From: a virus
Lineage: Duplodnaviria > Caudoviricetes
DNA: 64,000 nucleotides
Reading direction: 5' to 3' (one strand)
IMG/VR virus record: IMGVR_UViG_3300011678_000001
Coordinates: 32,001-96,000 of that record
The notes below the pieces were generated by a model, which did no database searches, was not told the origin of the DNA, and worked only from the letters and a program-made list of their open reading frames with translations. The position numbers and the translations under genes were made by a program. Positions 53,664 through 63,144 of this stretch are shown here, one piece after another. Each line of letters opens with the position of its first letter. Position 1 is the stretch's first letter.

Positions 53664-55757
53664 ATGGCAATGACAAACGTGGCTCTTGAAACTGCTTTGA
53701 AAGCAGCTCTTCAACGCCTGGTCACCGCGCTGGCTAACAAGACCGCGCCTGACTCCCTTAAACTCGAAGGCCTGACCCTTGTTCAGGTGACTGAGCAGAT
53801 TCTGGCTGGTAAAGCCGCGACTGCCGGCACTGCCGACAACTCGCTGGCCCTCGGCGGTAAAGACCTCGCCACCATCGAAGCTGAACGCGCTGCTGCGCTG
53901 ACCGCTGCGATCGACGCCCTGCGTACCGAACTGGAAGGTTCTGTTGCTGGTGTGACCAAAGAAAGCATTGGTCTGGGTGATGTCGTTAACTACGGTGTTG
54001 CCACCGAAGAACAAGCCCTGGCTGGCGCTGCTGACAAATACGTCACTGCCTTCCTGGCCGACAAAATCGCTCAGGCCAAGATCGACGAACTGGTCGGTGC
54101 TTCCCCGGAAACACTCAACACCATTCAAGAGATCGCAGCGGCGCTGAACAACGACCCAGACGTCATCAACACGATGATGACTGCGATCGGCACCAAGGAG
54201 ACTCCGGAAGGTGCTCAGGCGAAGGCCGACGCGGCTGAAGCTGCTGCTATCACTGCAGCGGCCACTGACGCTCAGACCAAAGCTGACGCCGCTCAGGCGG
54301 CTGCCATTGCAGCTGCTGCAACTGATGCCACCACCAAAGCGGATGCTGCCCAGCAAGCTGCTATCGAAGCCGCTGCCCTGGACGCCACGTCCAAAGTAGA
54401 CGCTGCTGCCGCAGACCTGCAAGTTGCCATCGACGGCAAACTGGGTAAAGGCGAGCAGGCTGCTGACTCGGCGTTGCTCGGTGGTCAGACTGCTGCACAG
54501 ATCATCTCCGCTGCGCAAGCTGGCGTGGACATGTCCAACGTCGTTGTCAAAGGCAGCAACGTTGACACCAACACCATCACTCAAGGCGAAGGCGAGACTG
54601 CCACTCAGGTTGCCCTCAGCACCCTGATCGCTCAGCTGCAGGCGGGTATTGCTGCTGCTGGTGATAGTGCTGACCTGGAAGCCCTCCAGACCAGCTTCAA
54701 CGCCTTCGTAGCCGCTAAGGCCACCAGCGAAGACGTGATCGCCGGTACTGACGACGTCAAGTACGTCACCTCCCTGTCGGCCAAAGCTGCGATTGACGCC
54801 GCTGTAGCTGAACTGGTTGGTACCGCGCCTGAAGCGCTCGACACCATCAACGAGTTGGCTGCTGCGCTCAACAACGATCCGGACATCATCAACACCCTGA
54901 TGACCCAGATCGGCGAGAAGCAGACCGCTGCTCAGGTTCAGTCGGCCATCGACGCTTCCTTGGTTGCCGTTAACACTGCCATCAATGCTGCTCAGGAAAC
55001 AGCTGACAGCAAACTCGGTGCCACTGCCCAGGCGGCTGACTCCGCGCTGTTGGAAGGTAGCACCAAAGCCCAAGTCGTCGCTGAAGCGGCTGCTGCTGCC
55101 AAGACCGCTGCAGATGCTGCCTACGTTGCCCAAGGCGGTAACATCGGCACCAACACCCTGACCGTCGGTGCTGACGAAGTCGCTCTGGCTACCATCATCA
55201 CTGACCTCCAGGCTGCCATCGCTGATGCTGGTGATGCGACTGCCCTGCAGGCTGTCAGCGACAAGCTGGATGCGTTCATCGCCGCTAAGGCCACCTCGGC
55301 TGAAGTGATCGAAGGCCTGGATGACAGCAAGTACGTTACCGCTGTTGGCGTAAAAGCCAGCGTCGATGGCGCCATTGCTGCTCTGGTTGACGGTGCTCCG
55401 ACTGCACTCGACACCTTGAAGGAACTGGCTGATGCGCTGGCTAACAGCGAAGACGCCGTTGCTGCACTGACCGTCGCCATCGACGGTAAGCTGGGCAAAA
55501 CCGAACAAGCTGCAGACTCCCTGAAGCTTAACGGTAAAACCCAAGCTGAACTGACCTCGGCTGCTGCTGACCTCGACGACGCCACTGGCGCCGCTGGTGC
55601 TGGCAAGTTCGCTGATGCCGGTCAGGTGGCTGTCAAGCTGGCTGCAGTCAACACTGCAACCGCTACCGTTGCAAGCGATCTGGAAGCGCTGGTCATTGAA
55701 CTGACCAATGCCTTCGATACCGCTGCTGCGGACCTGGAAGGTACTCCGGCCGTCTAA
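53664..55757 (+). CDS. fibre-family protein 6, Ala-rich shaft protein
   Basis: Three (A/S)P..L(D/N)T..E.A.AL modules, AQ.KADAA repeats, capsid-like codon bias. Confidence 0.85.
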   Translation: MAMTNVALETALKAALQRLVTALANKTAPDSLKLEGLTLVQVTEQILAGKAATAGTADNSLALGGKDLATIEAERAAALTAAIDALRTELEGSVAGVTKESIGLGDVVNYGVATEEQALAGAADKYVTAFLADKIAQAKIDELVGASPETLNTIQEIAAALNNDPDVINTMMTAIGTKETPEGAQAKADAAEAAAITAAATDAQTKADAAQAAAIAAAATDATTKADAAQQAAIEAAALDATSKVDAAAADLQVAIDGKLGKGEQAADSALLGGQTAAQIISAAQAGVDMSNVVVKGSNVDTNTITQGEGETATQVALSTLIAQLQAGIAAAGDSADLEALQTSFNAFVAAKATSEDVIAGTDDVKYVTSLSAKAAIDAAVAELVGTAPEALDTINELAAALNNDPDIINTLMTQIGEKQTAAQVQSAIDASLVAVNTAINAAQETADSKLGATAQAADSALLEGSTKAQVVAEAAAAAKTAADAAYVAQGGNIGTNTLTVGADEVALATIITDLQAAIADAGDATALQAVSDKLDAFIAAKATSAEVIEGLDDSKYVTAVGVKASVDGAIAALVDGAPTALDTLKELADALANSEDAVAALTVAIDGKLGKTEQAADSLKLNGKTQAELTSAAADLDDATGAAGAGKFADAGQVAVKLAAVNTATATVASDLEALVIELTNAFDTAAADLEGTPAV

Positions 55758-55765
55758 CGGCGATT

Positions 55766-55805
55766 CGGCATAGAGGGAGGGCTTCGGCCCTCCCTCTATG
55801 TTGTC
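55766..55805. terminator. bidirectional hairpin flanked by CATA/TATG
   Basis: CGGCATAGAGGGAGGGC-TTCG-GCCCTCCCTCTATGTTG. Confidence 0.8.
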
Positions 55806-56364
55806 AGTCCAATGTCTCGTCATCAATCGTTCGTACGATGCCTTCATCCGTGACCCGTATGCGTCCTTCATCATCCACCCGGCGCAACCCTGCTGACCAG
55901 AAGATGTGAATCGTTTTACGGCCCACGTAGATGTAGGATTCTTCTTTAGCGAAGATGTCAATGCTGGTGAACTGTGCCAGTGAATCGAACGTCCCGTCCA
56001 CATCAACGTCAAACTCACCATCGACCAAGTTGAACTTCCCGTCAAGGTACGCAATCAAGGCGTCCTTGTCGTTGATGCCGTATGTCTCTTTGGCATCAAT
56101 GGTAAAGGTCGGGTAGTGGCTGTCAATGTTGGCACGGGCGTAGTACATGTCCTGCTGGCCCTTGAACGGCCCACCGGCTTTTGCCTTGACCAAAATGATG
56201 GTGTTGTCACCGTGTTCATCCGTGGCATCCATTGGACGCGGGGTTTCCACCTCCACCGCATTAGGATCAAGCTTCGCCCGGTTGGTTCGATACACCAAGG
56301 CAAAGAGGTTCTCTAGTGCGGTCTTGTCTGGGTCAAACTTGAAGTTATCTGTCTTACATGCCAT
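55804..56364 (-). CDS. virion structural protein (same family as 47347..47874)
   Basis: NT.I.VKA....F.G....YY.R, A..ESY.YVG. Confidence 0.7.
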   Translation of the reverse strand: MACKTDNFKFDPDKTALENLFALVYRTNRAKLDPNAVEVETPRPMDATDEHGDNTIILVKAKAGGPFKGQQDMYYARANIDSHYPTFTIDAKETYGINDKDALIAYLDGKFNLVDGEFDVDVDGTFDSLAQFTSIDIFAKEESYIYVGRKTIHIFWSAGLRRVDDEGRIRVTDEGIVRTIDDETLD

Positions 56365-56392
56365 AGCGGTCTCGGTTGAAATAGAGCAAGGG

Positions 56393-56758
56393 TCATACTA
56401 TTTCCCCGAGGTAGTAGATGGTGTAGCCGTTATCGTCAGCCACCTCCCGGATAAAGTCTACAAACAGATGCCGGTGACAGAACTTACCCGCTTTACAGTA
56501 ACAGGCCACCGCCAATGGACCAGGTCTTTCTAGGAAGCCCTGAAAGTCCTCAGGAACGGCCCTGAGACGCTCTGTAAGCTTCGTTAAGTAGATCTCCGTA
56601 TATTGGTCGTCTGTGACTTCGCCGCGCTTGTAGGCGTACAGTACGTCTTTATACGGGGCAAAGGGTTCGAAGCCTGATTTGACGGTGATGTCAAACAACT
56701 CAATCCCTTCGGCCTTTGCTTTACGCCATTGAGGAATGGCGATGGTATATAGGTTCAT
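56393..56758 (-). CDS. DUF488-like protein
   Basis: DITVKSG...FAP....L..YK.G.....Y...Y, ACYC....FCHRHL; SD AAGGAGG. Confidence 0.65.
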   Translation of the reverse strand: MNLYTIAIPQWRKAKAEGIELFDITVKSGFEPFAPYKDVLYAYKRGEVTDDQYTEIYLTKLTERLRAVPEDFQGFLERPGPLAVACYCKAGKFCHRHLFVDFIREVADDNGYTIYYLGEIV

Positions 56759-56812
56759 CCCCACCTCCTTAGGCAGTCTATACACTAGGTCGACTTATTT
56801 CCAAATCACGGC

Positions 56813-57253
56813 AAAACAAAAAAGAAAATAATGTACATCCCCCAGTGATCAAACCCATGATAGAGTTGAATCACTGGAGGCTGCACATTGCGACGGGTTC
56901 AGCGAGGAGTGGCACCTAGACCGTCGAACGTCTTCTCGGGATAGCCGGCCCTTGACGACGTTGTTTCCGTGCTGCGATGCGGAGCAAGAGCATCGACACA
57001 TCATCGTTTACTGGCACGCACTGCTAGGTAGCGGTGGAAGCAGGGCGCCAGAACAAGCAACAACCTTGATTATCACGACGAGTTCATCAAGGGCAACGAA
57101 GAAGACCCAGGAGGCCGAAGCCTCCGTGGGTAGTGGGCGGTAACTACGTCATTGGGGGTGACTACCGCGCCGGCTGCGGAGGACAATCCGCGCTATCTAC
57201 GCAGTTAAGCGCATTCGGTTTCAGGCACCATGTTGTGAAAGAACAGGTCCTAC
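56813..57253 (-). ncRNA. candidate ~440-nt structured non-coding RNA
   Basis: No credible ORF; TATG at 57256-57253; nested stems whose plus-strand A-C mismatches become G-U on -; cUUCGg loop; terminal hairpin plus T-tract. Confidence 0.55.
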
Positions 57254-57292
57254 ATACTATACTGGTTTTTACTGCTAAAAATTGCAGGAGCA

Positions 57293-57313
57293 GGTGGGGA
57301 CCGAAATCCCCAC
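57293..57313 (-). terminator. hairpin after the head protein gene
   Basis: GTGGGGA-CCGAAA-TCCCCAC. Confidence 0.5.
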
Positions 57314-57319
57314 GTCTCG

Positions 57320-58828
57320 TCAGATGTCTAGCAGCGCACCCATTGCACGCAGGTTGGCATCGCCATCACGTACCGAGGCAGTCACCCAGGTCTGGTAATG
57401 ACGGGCCAGTACTTCACTAGCCTGTGGAGATACCATGGAGCTGTCGAAGGCGAAGTCATCGCTCAGACCAGCAGACAGCGCACTCTGACCGATGTCAGTC
57501 AACATGTCATGCTCACCGAGGAAGGTCATCAGGCTGTTGAGAATGTCTTTGACTTTCTCTTGGTCTTCACTGCGAACGGCCAGCGACTCGAACACAACAG
57601 GTTGATCCATCGATTCGGTCGAAGCTTTCTTGTCTTCGTCCTCTTCTTCGTCATCACTGCTGTCGGTATCGTTGTCAGTGGTTTCACTCGCATCGGCTGC
57701 ATCGACTTCAGCGGCGTCTACTTCGGCATCGCCGGAGTCATGCGCTGCATCAACCGCGGCAGCATCCGGTACGTCGTTAGCCGCGTCATCGACAGTGCCT
57801 TCGTCAGCTGTTTCACCAGCCTCGTCAGTCACCGCATCCAGATCATCAGCCGCTTCTACAACGTCCGCTTCTGCATCAACCAGAGCAGGTTCGCCACCTT
57901 CGGCTTCAACACCGGCATCATCCGCTACGGCATCAACCGTTGCATCGGTAGCTGCGTCGAGGTCGGTCTCATCCAGGTCGTCAGTGACGCCTTCATCGGT
58001 ACCGGACACTTCGACATCGGCATTGTCATCGGAGGTGATCGCATCAGCCACTTCATGTTGGATACTGGTCACGGTGGTTTCCGCATCCAATACAGCACCC
58101 GAAGCGTTTTCGCTGCGATGACGTTCGATAGCATCGCCCATCGGATCACTGCCGTCAGAACCCACGCTCTCGGCTTCGCTGCGTGCCGCTTCGGCTTGCT
58201 CGATTGCCGATTCGTGAGCCTTGTTCACCAGGGCTTCGATTCGCTCAACGGCGTCGGACATCTCGCCCAGCACTTGGGTTTCTTCCAAGGCTTCCATGGA
58301 GATACCAAGCGCTTCGAGGTTGCCTTCGACCCGCTTAGCCACCTGGATGACCATCGGACGGACCTGATCGACAGACAAGGCTTCCATAGAGAGGATTTGG
58401 CGAACCAGTTCGACGTTTTCACGATACAGGCCAACCACTTCGGCGGTGTACAGGGATTCTTGAGAAGCGGTTTCCGAATCACGGGTGGTGAACGGGACCG
58501 GCTCTTCCGATTCGGCCTTCTCCATCAATGATTGTTCGATGGCTTCGACTTCCGTCAGACGAGGCGTCAGAACGTCCTGCATGATCAGTTCGATCCGTGC
58601 CTGAGGCTCTTCAACGCCTTCGACCACTTGCAAATCGCCTTGGTGATCGGCTTCTTCCAACACGTTCTCAGTGAGCAGTTGGAAAGCAGTGGCCGTGTTG
58701 TCTTCGAGCGACGGATTAGCCAGCATAGCCTGACCGACAGCCATCAGCGATTCCAGACCGGTGCGGTAGTTCTGTGCTTCATGCAACAGGTCTGCAGCGC
58801 TGAGTTGCCCGGTAGATTTATGCGTCAT
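57320..58828 (-). CDS. acidic head/inner-body-type virion protein
   Basis: Many S/G-x-E motifs (GLES, PSLE, ASQE, LSME, ISME, ASTE); D/E/A-rich linker. Confidence 0.7.
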   Translation of the reverse strand: MTHKSTGQLSAADLLHEAQNYRTGLESLMAVGQAMLANPSLEDNTATAFQLLTENVLEEADHQGDLQVVEGVEEPQARIELIMQDVLTPRLTEVEAIEQSLMEKAESEEPVPFTTRDSETASQESLYTAEVVGLYRENVELVRQILSMEALSVDQVRPMVIQVAKRVEGNLEALGISMEALEETQVLGEMSDAVERIEALVNKAHESAIEQAEAARSEAESVGSDGSDPMGDAIERHRSENASGAVLDAETTVTSIQHEVADAITSDDNADVEVSGTDEGVTDDLDETDLDAATDATVDAVADDAGVEAEGGEPALVDAEADVVEAADDLDAVTDEAGETADEGTVDDAANDVPDAAAVDAAHDSGDAEVDAAEVDAADASETTDNDTDSSDDEEEDEDKKASTESMDQPVVFESLAVRSEDQEKVKDILNSLMTFLGEHDMLTDIGQSALSAGLSDDFAFDSSMVSPQASEVLARHYQTWVTASVRDGDANLRAMGALLDI

Positions 58829-58877
58829 CTTATGACCCTCTTAGTTTCATACTCCCGTTTTACAAGGAATATAGGAA

Positions 58878-60935
58878 ATGTACGCCAGTTTCTCGCGCAT
58901 TCTGGGATTGGTCTCTGCCAAAGAGACTGGTTCTCACATTATACTGAACGGAATTCCCGGTCTGCGTTTCTCCAGAGACATCTATAACTTCTGGAAAACA
59001 AGCAAGATCAGCAATAACCTGTTCACAGCAGTTTCGAAAAGCTCGGTGAAATTCCCCAAGTTTTACGCCATCGAGGTGCTCTACATTATCGAGCAACTCA
59101 TCGAATCGCGCAGGACGTACGTCGGTCGACGCATCCTGATCAAAGCTGCTGAGGAATTGAGACGTTCCACTTGGCTGCGTAATATAGGCGTGACCGGCTT
59201 CACTCCTCGCCTCAATTACAAAGCATTGAACGATCTCAATGTCACACCATTTCCCCATCAACTTAAATTTTTACAGGTATATGATCGGACAACGTTCGAG
59301 TATTCCCTGCAAGGCATGCTGATGGACGTCGCGGCCGGTGGTGGTAAGACCATCACCAACTATGCCCTCGGTCATTGTCTGGGTGCCGATACCAACGTCA
59401 TGGTCGTGCCGAAGAACGCGGTGCTTGATGTCTGGGTCAAGACGGTCAACATGCTGTTCAAGCAGACGCCAACCTACTGGCACAGCTTAAGTGGCACCGA
59501 TCCCGTATTAGGCCAGAAATACTACATCGTGCACTTTGACTACCTGGAGAAATTCCTGACTTTTGTCAAGGCGAACCAGGGCAGCTTCGGTCAAGTCTTC
59601 ATGGCCATTGACGAATCGCACAACTTCAACGAACAGTCAGCTCGGACGAACTACCTGATCGACCTGGCCAGCAGCCTGAATGCCCGTGACGTGGTCCATG
59701 CTTCCGGTACCCCGTTCAAGGCGATGGGATCTGAGGCGATCACTCTGCTGAAGACCATCTGCCGGGACTTCACACCGGATGCTGAAGTGGCGTTCCGTAA
59801 GATCTTCGGTAAAGAAGCCAAGCGCGCCTTGGAGATTCTGGCCAACCGGATCGGGATCGTCTCCTTTAAGGTCCTCAAACAAGACATCGAAACCCCCGGC
59901 GTGGATTACCACGAAGAAAAGGTTACGATGAAGAACGGCAACGAGTACACCCTGCCTAACGTCCGTGAGAAGATGACCAAGTTCATCGAAGAGCGCCTGG
60001 AGTTCTACCGCAAAGGCATGAAGGAGTACGAAGCCCTCTATGCCCAGTGCATGGAGTTGCACGGTGCAGCAATCGGCAGTAACAATGCGGCCAAGGCTGA
60101 GTTTGCCGAGTACAAGAAGTACATCGCCATCATCCGCAAGGGGTACGATCCGGTCACCATGAAGGACCTGGTGATGTTCTGCAACCGGTACGAACTGAAG
60201 AAGATCGTTCCAAGTTTGCCAGACCGCCTGCGTAAGCCGTTCCTGAACGTACGAGCCATCATCAAGTACGTAGACCTTAAGGTCATGGGTGAAGCCCTGT
60301 CCCAGGTGCTGGGTAGGATGCGCATCCAGTGCCATTTGGACATGCTGCCGCACATGCCGCTTGACACCATCATTGACAACGCCACCAGCAAGACGGTGAT
60401 CTTTACCAGCTACGTGGAAGTGGTCAAGGAATTGGACAAACTACTGACCGATGCCGGTTACAAGCCGCTACTGGTCTACGGGGAAACCAACAAGGACCTG
60501 ACCAACATCGTTAAGAAGTTCGATCAGGACCCGGATGCCAACCCCTTGGTGGCCACCTTCAAGAGCTTGTCGACAGCGGTGCCCTTGACCATGGCTAACA
60601 CCGAAATCTTCACCAATGCCCCGTTCCGTGACTACGAGCGGACGCAGACCATTGCCCGTGTGGACCGCATTGGTCAGAAGCACCGTTGCCATGTCTGGGA
60701 AATCTTCTTGGACACCGGGATGGAAGGCAATATCTCCACCCGCTCTAAGGACATCATGGCGTGGAGCAAGGCTCAGGTCGAGGCGATATTAGGGGTGCAA
60801 GCCCCAGACGATCTGGAAGCCTCGCTGGAGAGCATGATCGAAAACCCCAACGCGACCTTGGCCGATGCCGAACAGTACATGAGCAGTCTCAAGCAGATGC
60901 TGCCGATCGACGTCGTCGAAGAGGCGGTTGTTTAA
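58878..60935 (+). CDS. superfamily 2 (SNF2/DExH-like) helicase
   Basis: PFPHQ, AAGGGKT, IDESHN, ASGTP, SLSTAVPL, QTIARVDRIGQ. Confidence 0.9.
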   Translation: MYASFSRILGLVSAKETGSHIILNGIPGLRFSRDIYNFWKTSKISNNLFTAVSKSSVKFPKFYAIEVLYIIEQLIESRRTYVGRRILIKAAEELRRSTWLRNIGVTGFTPRLNYKALNDLNVTPFPHQLKFLQVYDRTTFEYSLQGMLMDVAAGGGKTITNYALGHCLGADTNVMVVPKNAVLDVWVKTVNMLFKQTPTYWHSLSGTDPVLGQKYYIVHFDYLEKFLTFVKANQGSFGQVFMAIDESHNFNEQSARTNYLIDLASSLNARDVVHASGTPFKAMGSEAITLLKTICRDFTPDAEVAFRKIFGKEAKRALEILANRIGIVSFKVLKQDIETPGVDYHEEKVTMKNGNEYTLPNVREKMTKFIEERLEFYRKGMKEYEALYAQCMELHGAAIGSNNAAKAEFAEYKKYIAIIRKGYDPVTMKDLVMFCNRYELKKIVPSLPDRLRKPFLNVRAIIKYVDLKVMGEALSQVLGRMRIQCHLDMLPHMPLDTIIDNATSKTVIFTSYVEVVKELDKLLTDAGYKPLLVYGETNKDLTNIVKKFDQDPDANPLVATFKSLSTAVPLTMANTEIFTNAPFRDYERTQTIARVDRIGQKHRCHVWEIFLDTGMEGNISTRSKDIMAWSKAQVEAILGVQAPDDLEASLESMIENPNATLADAEQYMSSLKQMLPIDVVEEAVV

Positions 60936-60937
60936 CC

Positions 60938-60966
60938 AGAGGGGGTACGCCCCCCTCGTTCTTTTA
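60938..60966 (+). terminator. intrinsic terminator
   Basis: GAGGGGG-TACG-CCCCCTC-GTTCTTTT. Confidence 0.55.
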
Positions 60967-60977
60967 GGAATGATGAA

Positions 60978-62102
60978 ATGCGAAACGCGGTGTTTACACG
61001 GGCCATGGACTTTACGGTCCATCCCGCTATTGCAAGTATGGAGTGCTTTAAACTTGTCACTTCGATGGAAGACCTCATGGAACAGGAGCGGCAAGCAGAA
61101 GCCACCGCTAACCTACTTGAAGGCATTTCGAAGCTGTCTGACAGCGAACAGGCCTCGGAACTCCTGGGGCATGTCGCTGCTCTGCAAGGGGTTGAGCCTG
61201 AGGCTATCTCCCTAGAATCCCTCGGAGCCATCATCCCGGTAGTGCGTTCGCTGTTTGGCTGGGGCAAGAAGCGTGAAGCCGATGTCGACAAAGAGCCTAA
61301 GAAGCTTAAAGAGTTGATGGAGTTTCTGAACAAGTATTACCTGAACCAGACGTGGCTATCCAAGCAGACGTTTGTGACCGGCAATGTGTCCGGAACTGAA
61401 TTGGCTGAAGCGTTGACCCGTAATAACAAGTTCTCACCCCAAACGTTTGTGGCGGACTTGACCAAGTACGCGAGCGAACTGAACGCGTTTGCCACCAAGC
61501 ACATGGCGGCGGTCAATAAGCATTCTGATGAGATCGAAGCCATTGACGATAAGTTAGTGGCGGATGTCAAGGCACTAGACAAGGAACAGCCTGATTACGA
61601 AGACCGCGTTATGGAGTTGTTCCGTGCTGCGGTCAAGAAGATGAAGGCGGTATCTGACCCGGTGAAGCTAGCCGGCGTGCATTTCAAGCTAATGGCCAAC
61701 GCTCAAACTGGGATTAAGCAGTGGCGCTACCCGAACAACCCTGGTGCTAATTGCGATGGGGTGATCAGCACACTCATTAAACCTGTCGATCCAGTGGCTG
61801 AGGTCCCGGCTATTGCCCTCGATCAAGTCAAACCGTTGGTCACTGCGATCATCTCGCTCTATGAAACCACGCACATGATCAATAAGGCCATGCCAATGTG
61901 GTGTGACCATTCTGATGGCGAGCATGGCTTCATGAGAATCCCGGAGGGGAAGGATGGTAAACTCTGGGAGGAGTACGGTGGTCTAATGTACTGGCAGGCT
62001 CAATCCAATCGTCTCGTCTGGGACATGGGGCTGGAGAAGAACACCTCCAAGGCTGTCATCGCAGTGCTGAAGTGGATCGACCGGTCCATCAAGACCCAAT
62101 AA
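60978..62102 (+). CDS. probable internal head protein
   Basis: N-terminal ASME, TSME, ISLE sites preceding a mature domain, as in phiKZ-like head proteins. Confidence 0.65.
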   Translation: MRNAVFTRAMDFTVHPAIASMECFKLVTSMEDLMEQERQAEATANLLEGISKLSDSEQASELLGHVAALQGVEPEAISLESLGAIIPVVRSLFGWGKKREADVDKEPKKLKELMEFLNKYYLNQTWLSKQTFVTGNVSGTELAEALTRNNKFSPQTFVADLTKYASELNAFATKHMAAVNKHSDEIEAIDDKLVADVKALDKEQPDYEDRVMELFRAAVKKMKAVSDPVKLAGVHFKLMANAQTGIKQWRYPNNPGANCDGVISTLIKPVDPVAEVPAIALDQVKPLVTAIISLYETTHMINKAMPMWCDHSDGEHGFMRIPEGKDGKLWEEYGGLMYWQAQSNRLVWDMGLEKNTSKAVIAVLKWIDRSIKTQ

Positions 62103-62153
62103 AGAAAAAAAGAAACAGCACGAGAGGGAGCCTAGGCTCCCTCTCTATGCCGT
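62101..62153. terminator. bidirectional terminator
   Basis: GAGAGGGAGC-CTAG-GCTCCCTCTC, with TATGCCG on + and TTTCTTTTTTCTTT on -. Confidence 0.75.
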
Positions 62154-62443
62154 CAGTGAATGGGTTGCAACCCTTGTTCTTCCAGTAGACGACGCATGCG
62201 ACTCACCCAGGTTTCGTTAGGCGGACGCTTAGACAACCGGGAGGCCACCTTACGACGCACCGTACGCTCTTCAAAGAGCAAGGTCACCGGATAGTAGCCA
62301 CATTTTTTATCCGGCGTACCATGGCGCACCAGTAGGCCTGAAGCGTCATCGATAGTTTCCGGTTCGACGCTCAGGTACGAGATCCCACTGTCAGCTTGGA
62401 TCTTTTGAAACACCAAGCCTTGCTTTTCGTGATAAATGTTCAT
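62153..62443 (-). CDS. hypothetical protein
   Basis: 96 aa; SD AAGGAG. Confidence 0.7.
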   Translation of the reverse strand: MNIYHEKQGLVFQKIQADSGISYLSVEPETIDDASGLLVRHGTPDKKCGYYPVTLLFEERTVRRKVASRLSKRPPNETWVSRMRRLLEEQGLQPIH

Positions 62444-62454
62444 GAGGCGACTCC

Positions 62455-63114
62455 TTAGAAACTATTCAGGCCATCGAGATAGTCATTGATCTCTGCTGTT
62501 TTCTCCGCCCACTGAGCGACTTTGATTGCAGGGCAGAGGGCTTTAGAGACCAGTGGATCATGGAAGCAGTAACCGACCGGGGTGTAGACGAATTTGTCAC
62601 CCACCTCGAAGCGAACCAGATGAGCAGGGCTGATAAACGGCCCCAAGTTCAAACGACGCAGTTCTTGCATCTTCAACAGTGCATTAGGATCGTCGATCTG
62701 ACGGTAGACGTTCCCGCAGCGCTCGTAGAACAACCCGCCCAGTTCATGCCGGATCACTTGCCCGTCTTCAGAACGTTCGTTAGCGTACATGCCAGCAGGC
62801 TGGTTGACATAGACTTCTACGTCATAGATCCGGTCACAGATCTGCAGCTTGTCGATACGGTGGATTTCCAACACTGCTCCAAAGATTGGTGGCAGGAAGG
62901 AACCCATCTCCTTGAGGCGCTTTTCCGAGTCCAGCACGATGCGGTCATCTTCGTTCTGCTCGTACTTCATGATGATGACATCGCCTTTGATCTCATAACC
63001 CACTTCCGCCTCCATAGAAGGTTGGCGAGCAATAAAGAGGTTGGCAAAGACCTCTTTAGTGTGGGCTTTGATTTCTTCGATGTCAGCGTGGTCAACTACA
63101 AATGAGTAAATCAA
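62455..63114 (-). CDS. hypothetical protein
   Basis: 219 aa; TTG start with GGAG SD. Confidence 0.7.
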   Translation of the reverse strand: MIYSFVVDHADIEEIKAHTKEVFANLFIARQPSMEAEVGYEIKGDVIIMKYEQNEDDRIVLDSEKRLKEMGSFLPPIFGAVLEIHRIDKLQICDRIYDVEVYVNQPAGMYANERSEDGQVIRHELGGLFYERCGNVYRQIDDPNALLKMQELRRLNLGPFISPAHLVRFEVGDKFVYTPVGYCFHDPLVSKALCPAIKVAQWAEKTAEINDYLDGLNSF

Positions 63115-63144
63115 GGTGTCTGCTCCAAAGCAGTAGGGTAGGTG

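Noticed and set aside
53613-56054. 813-aa - strand ORF antisense to the Ala-rich fibre gene
   Set aside because: Ser/Gly-rich mirror of GCT/GCC codons. The same artefact explains 43768..45570, 48271..49350, 57398..58531 and 16271..17254.
56952-57420. Short + strand ORFs (63 and 95 aa) in the 56.8-57.3 kb gap
   Set aside because: TTG/GTG starts without convincing SD and atypical composition; RNA structure explains the region better
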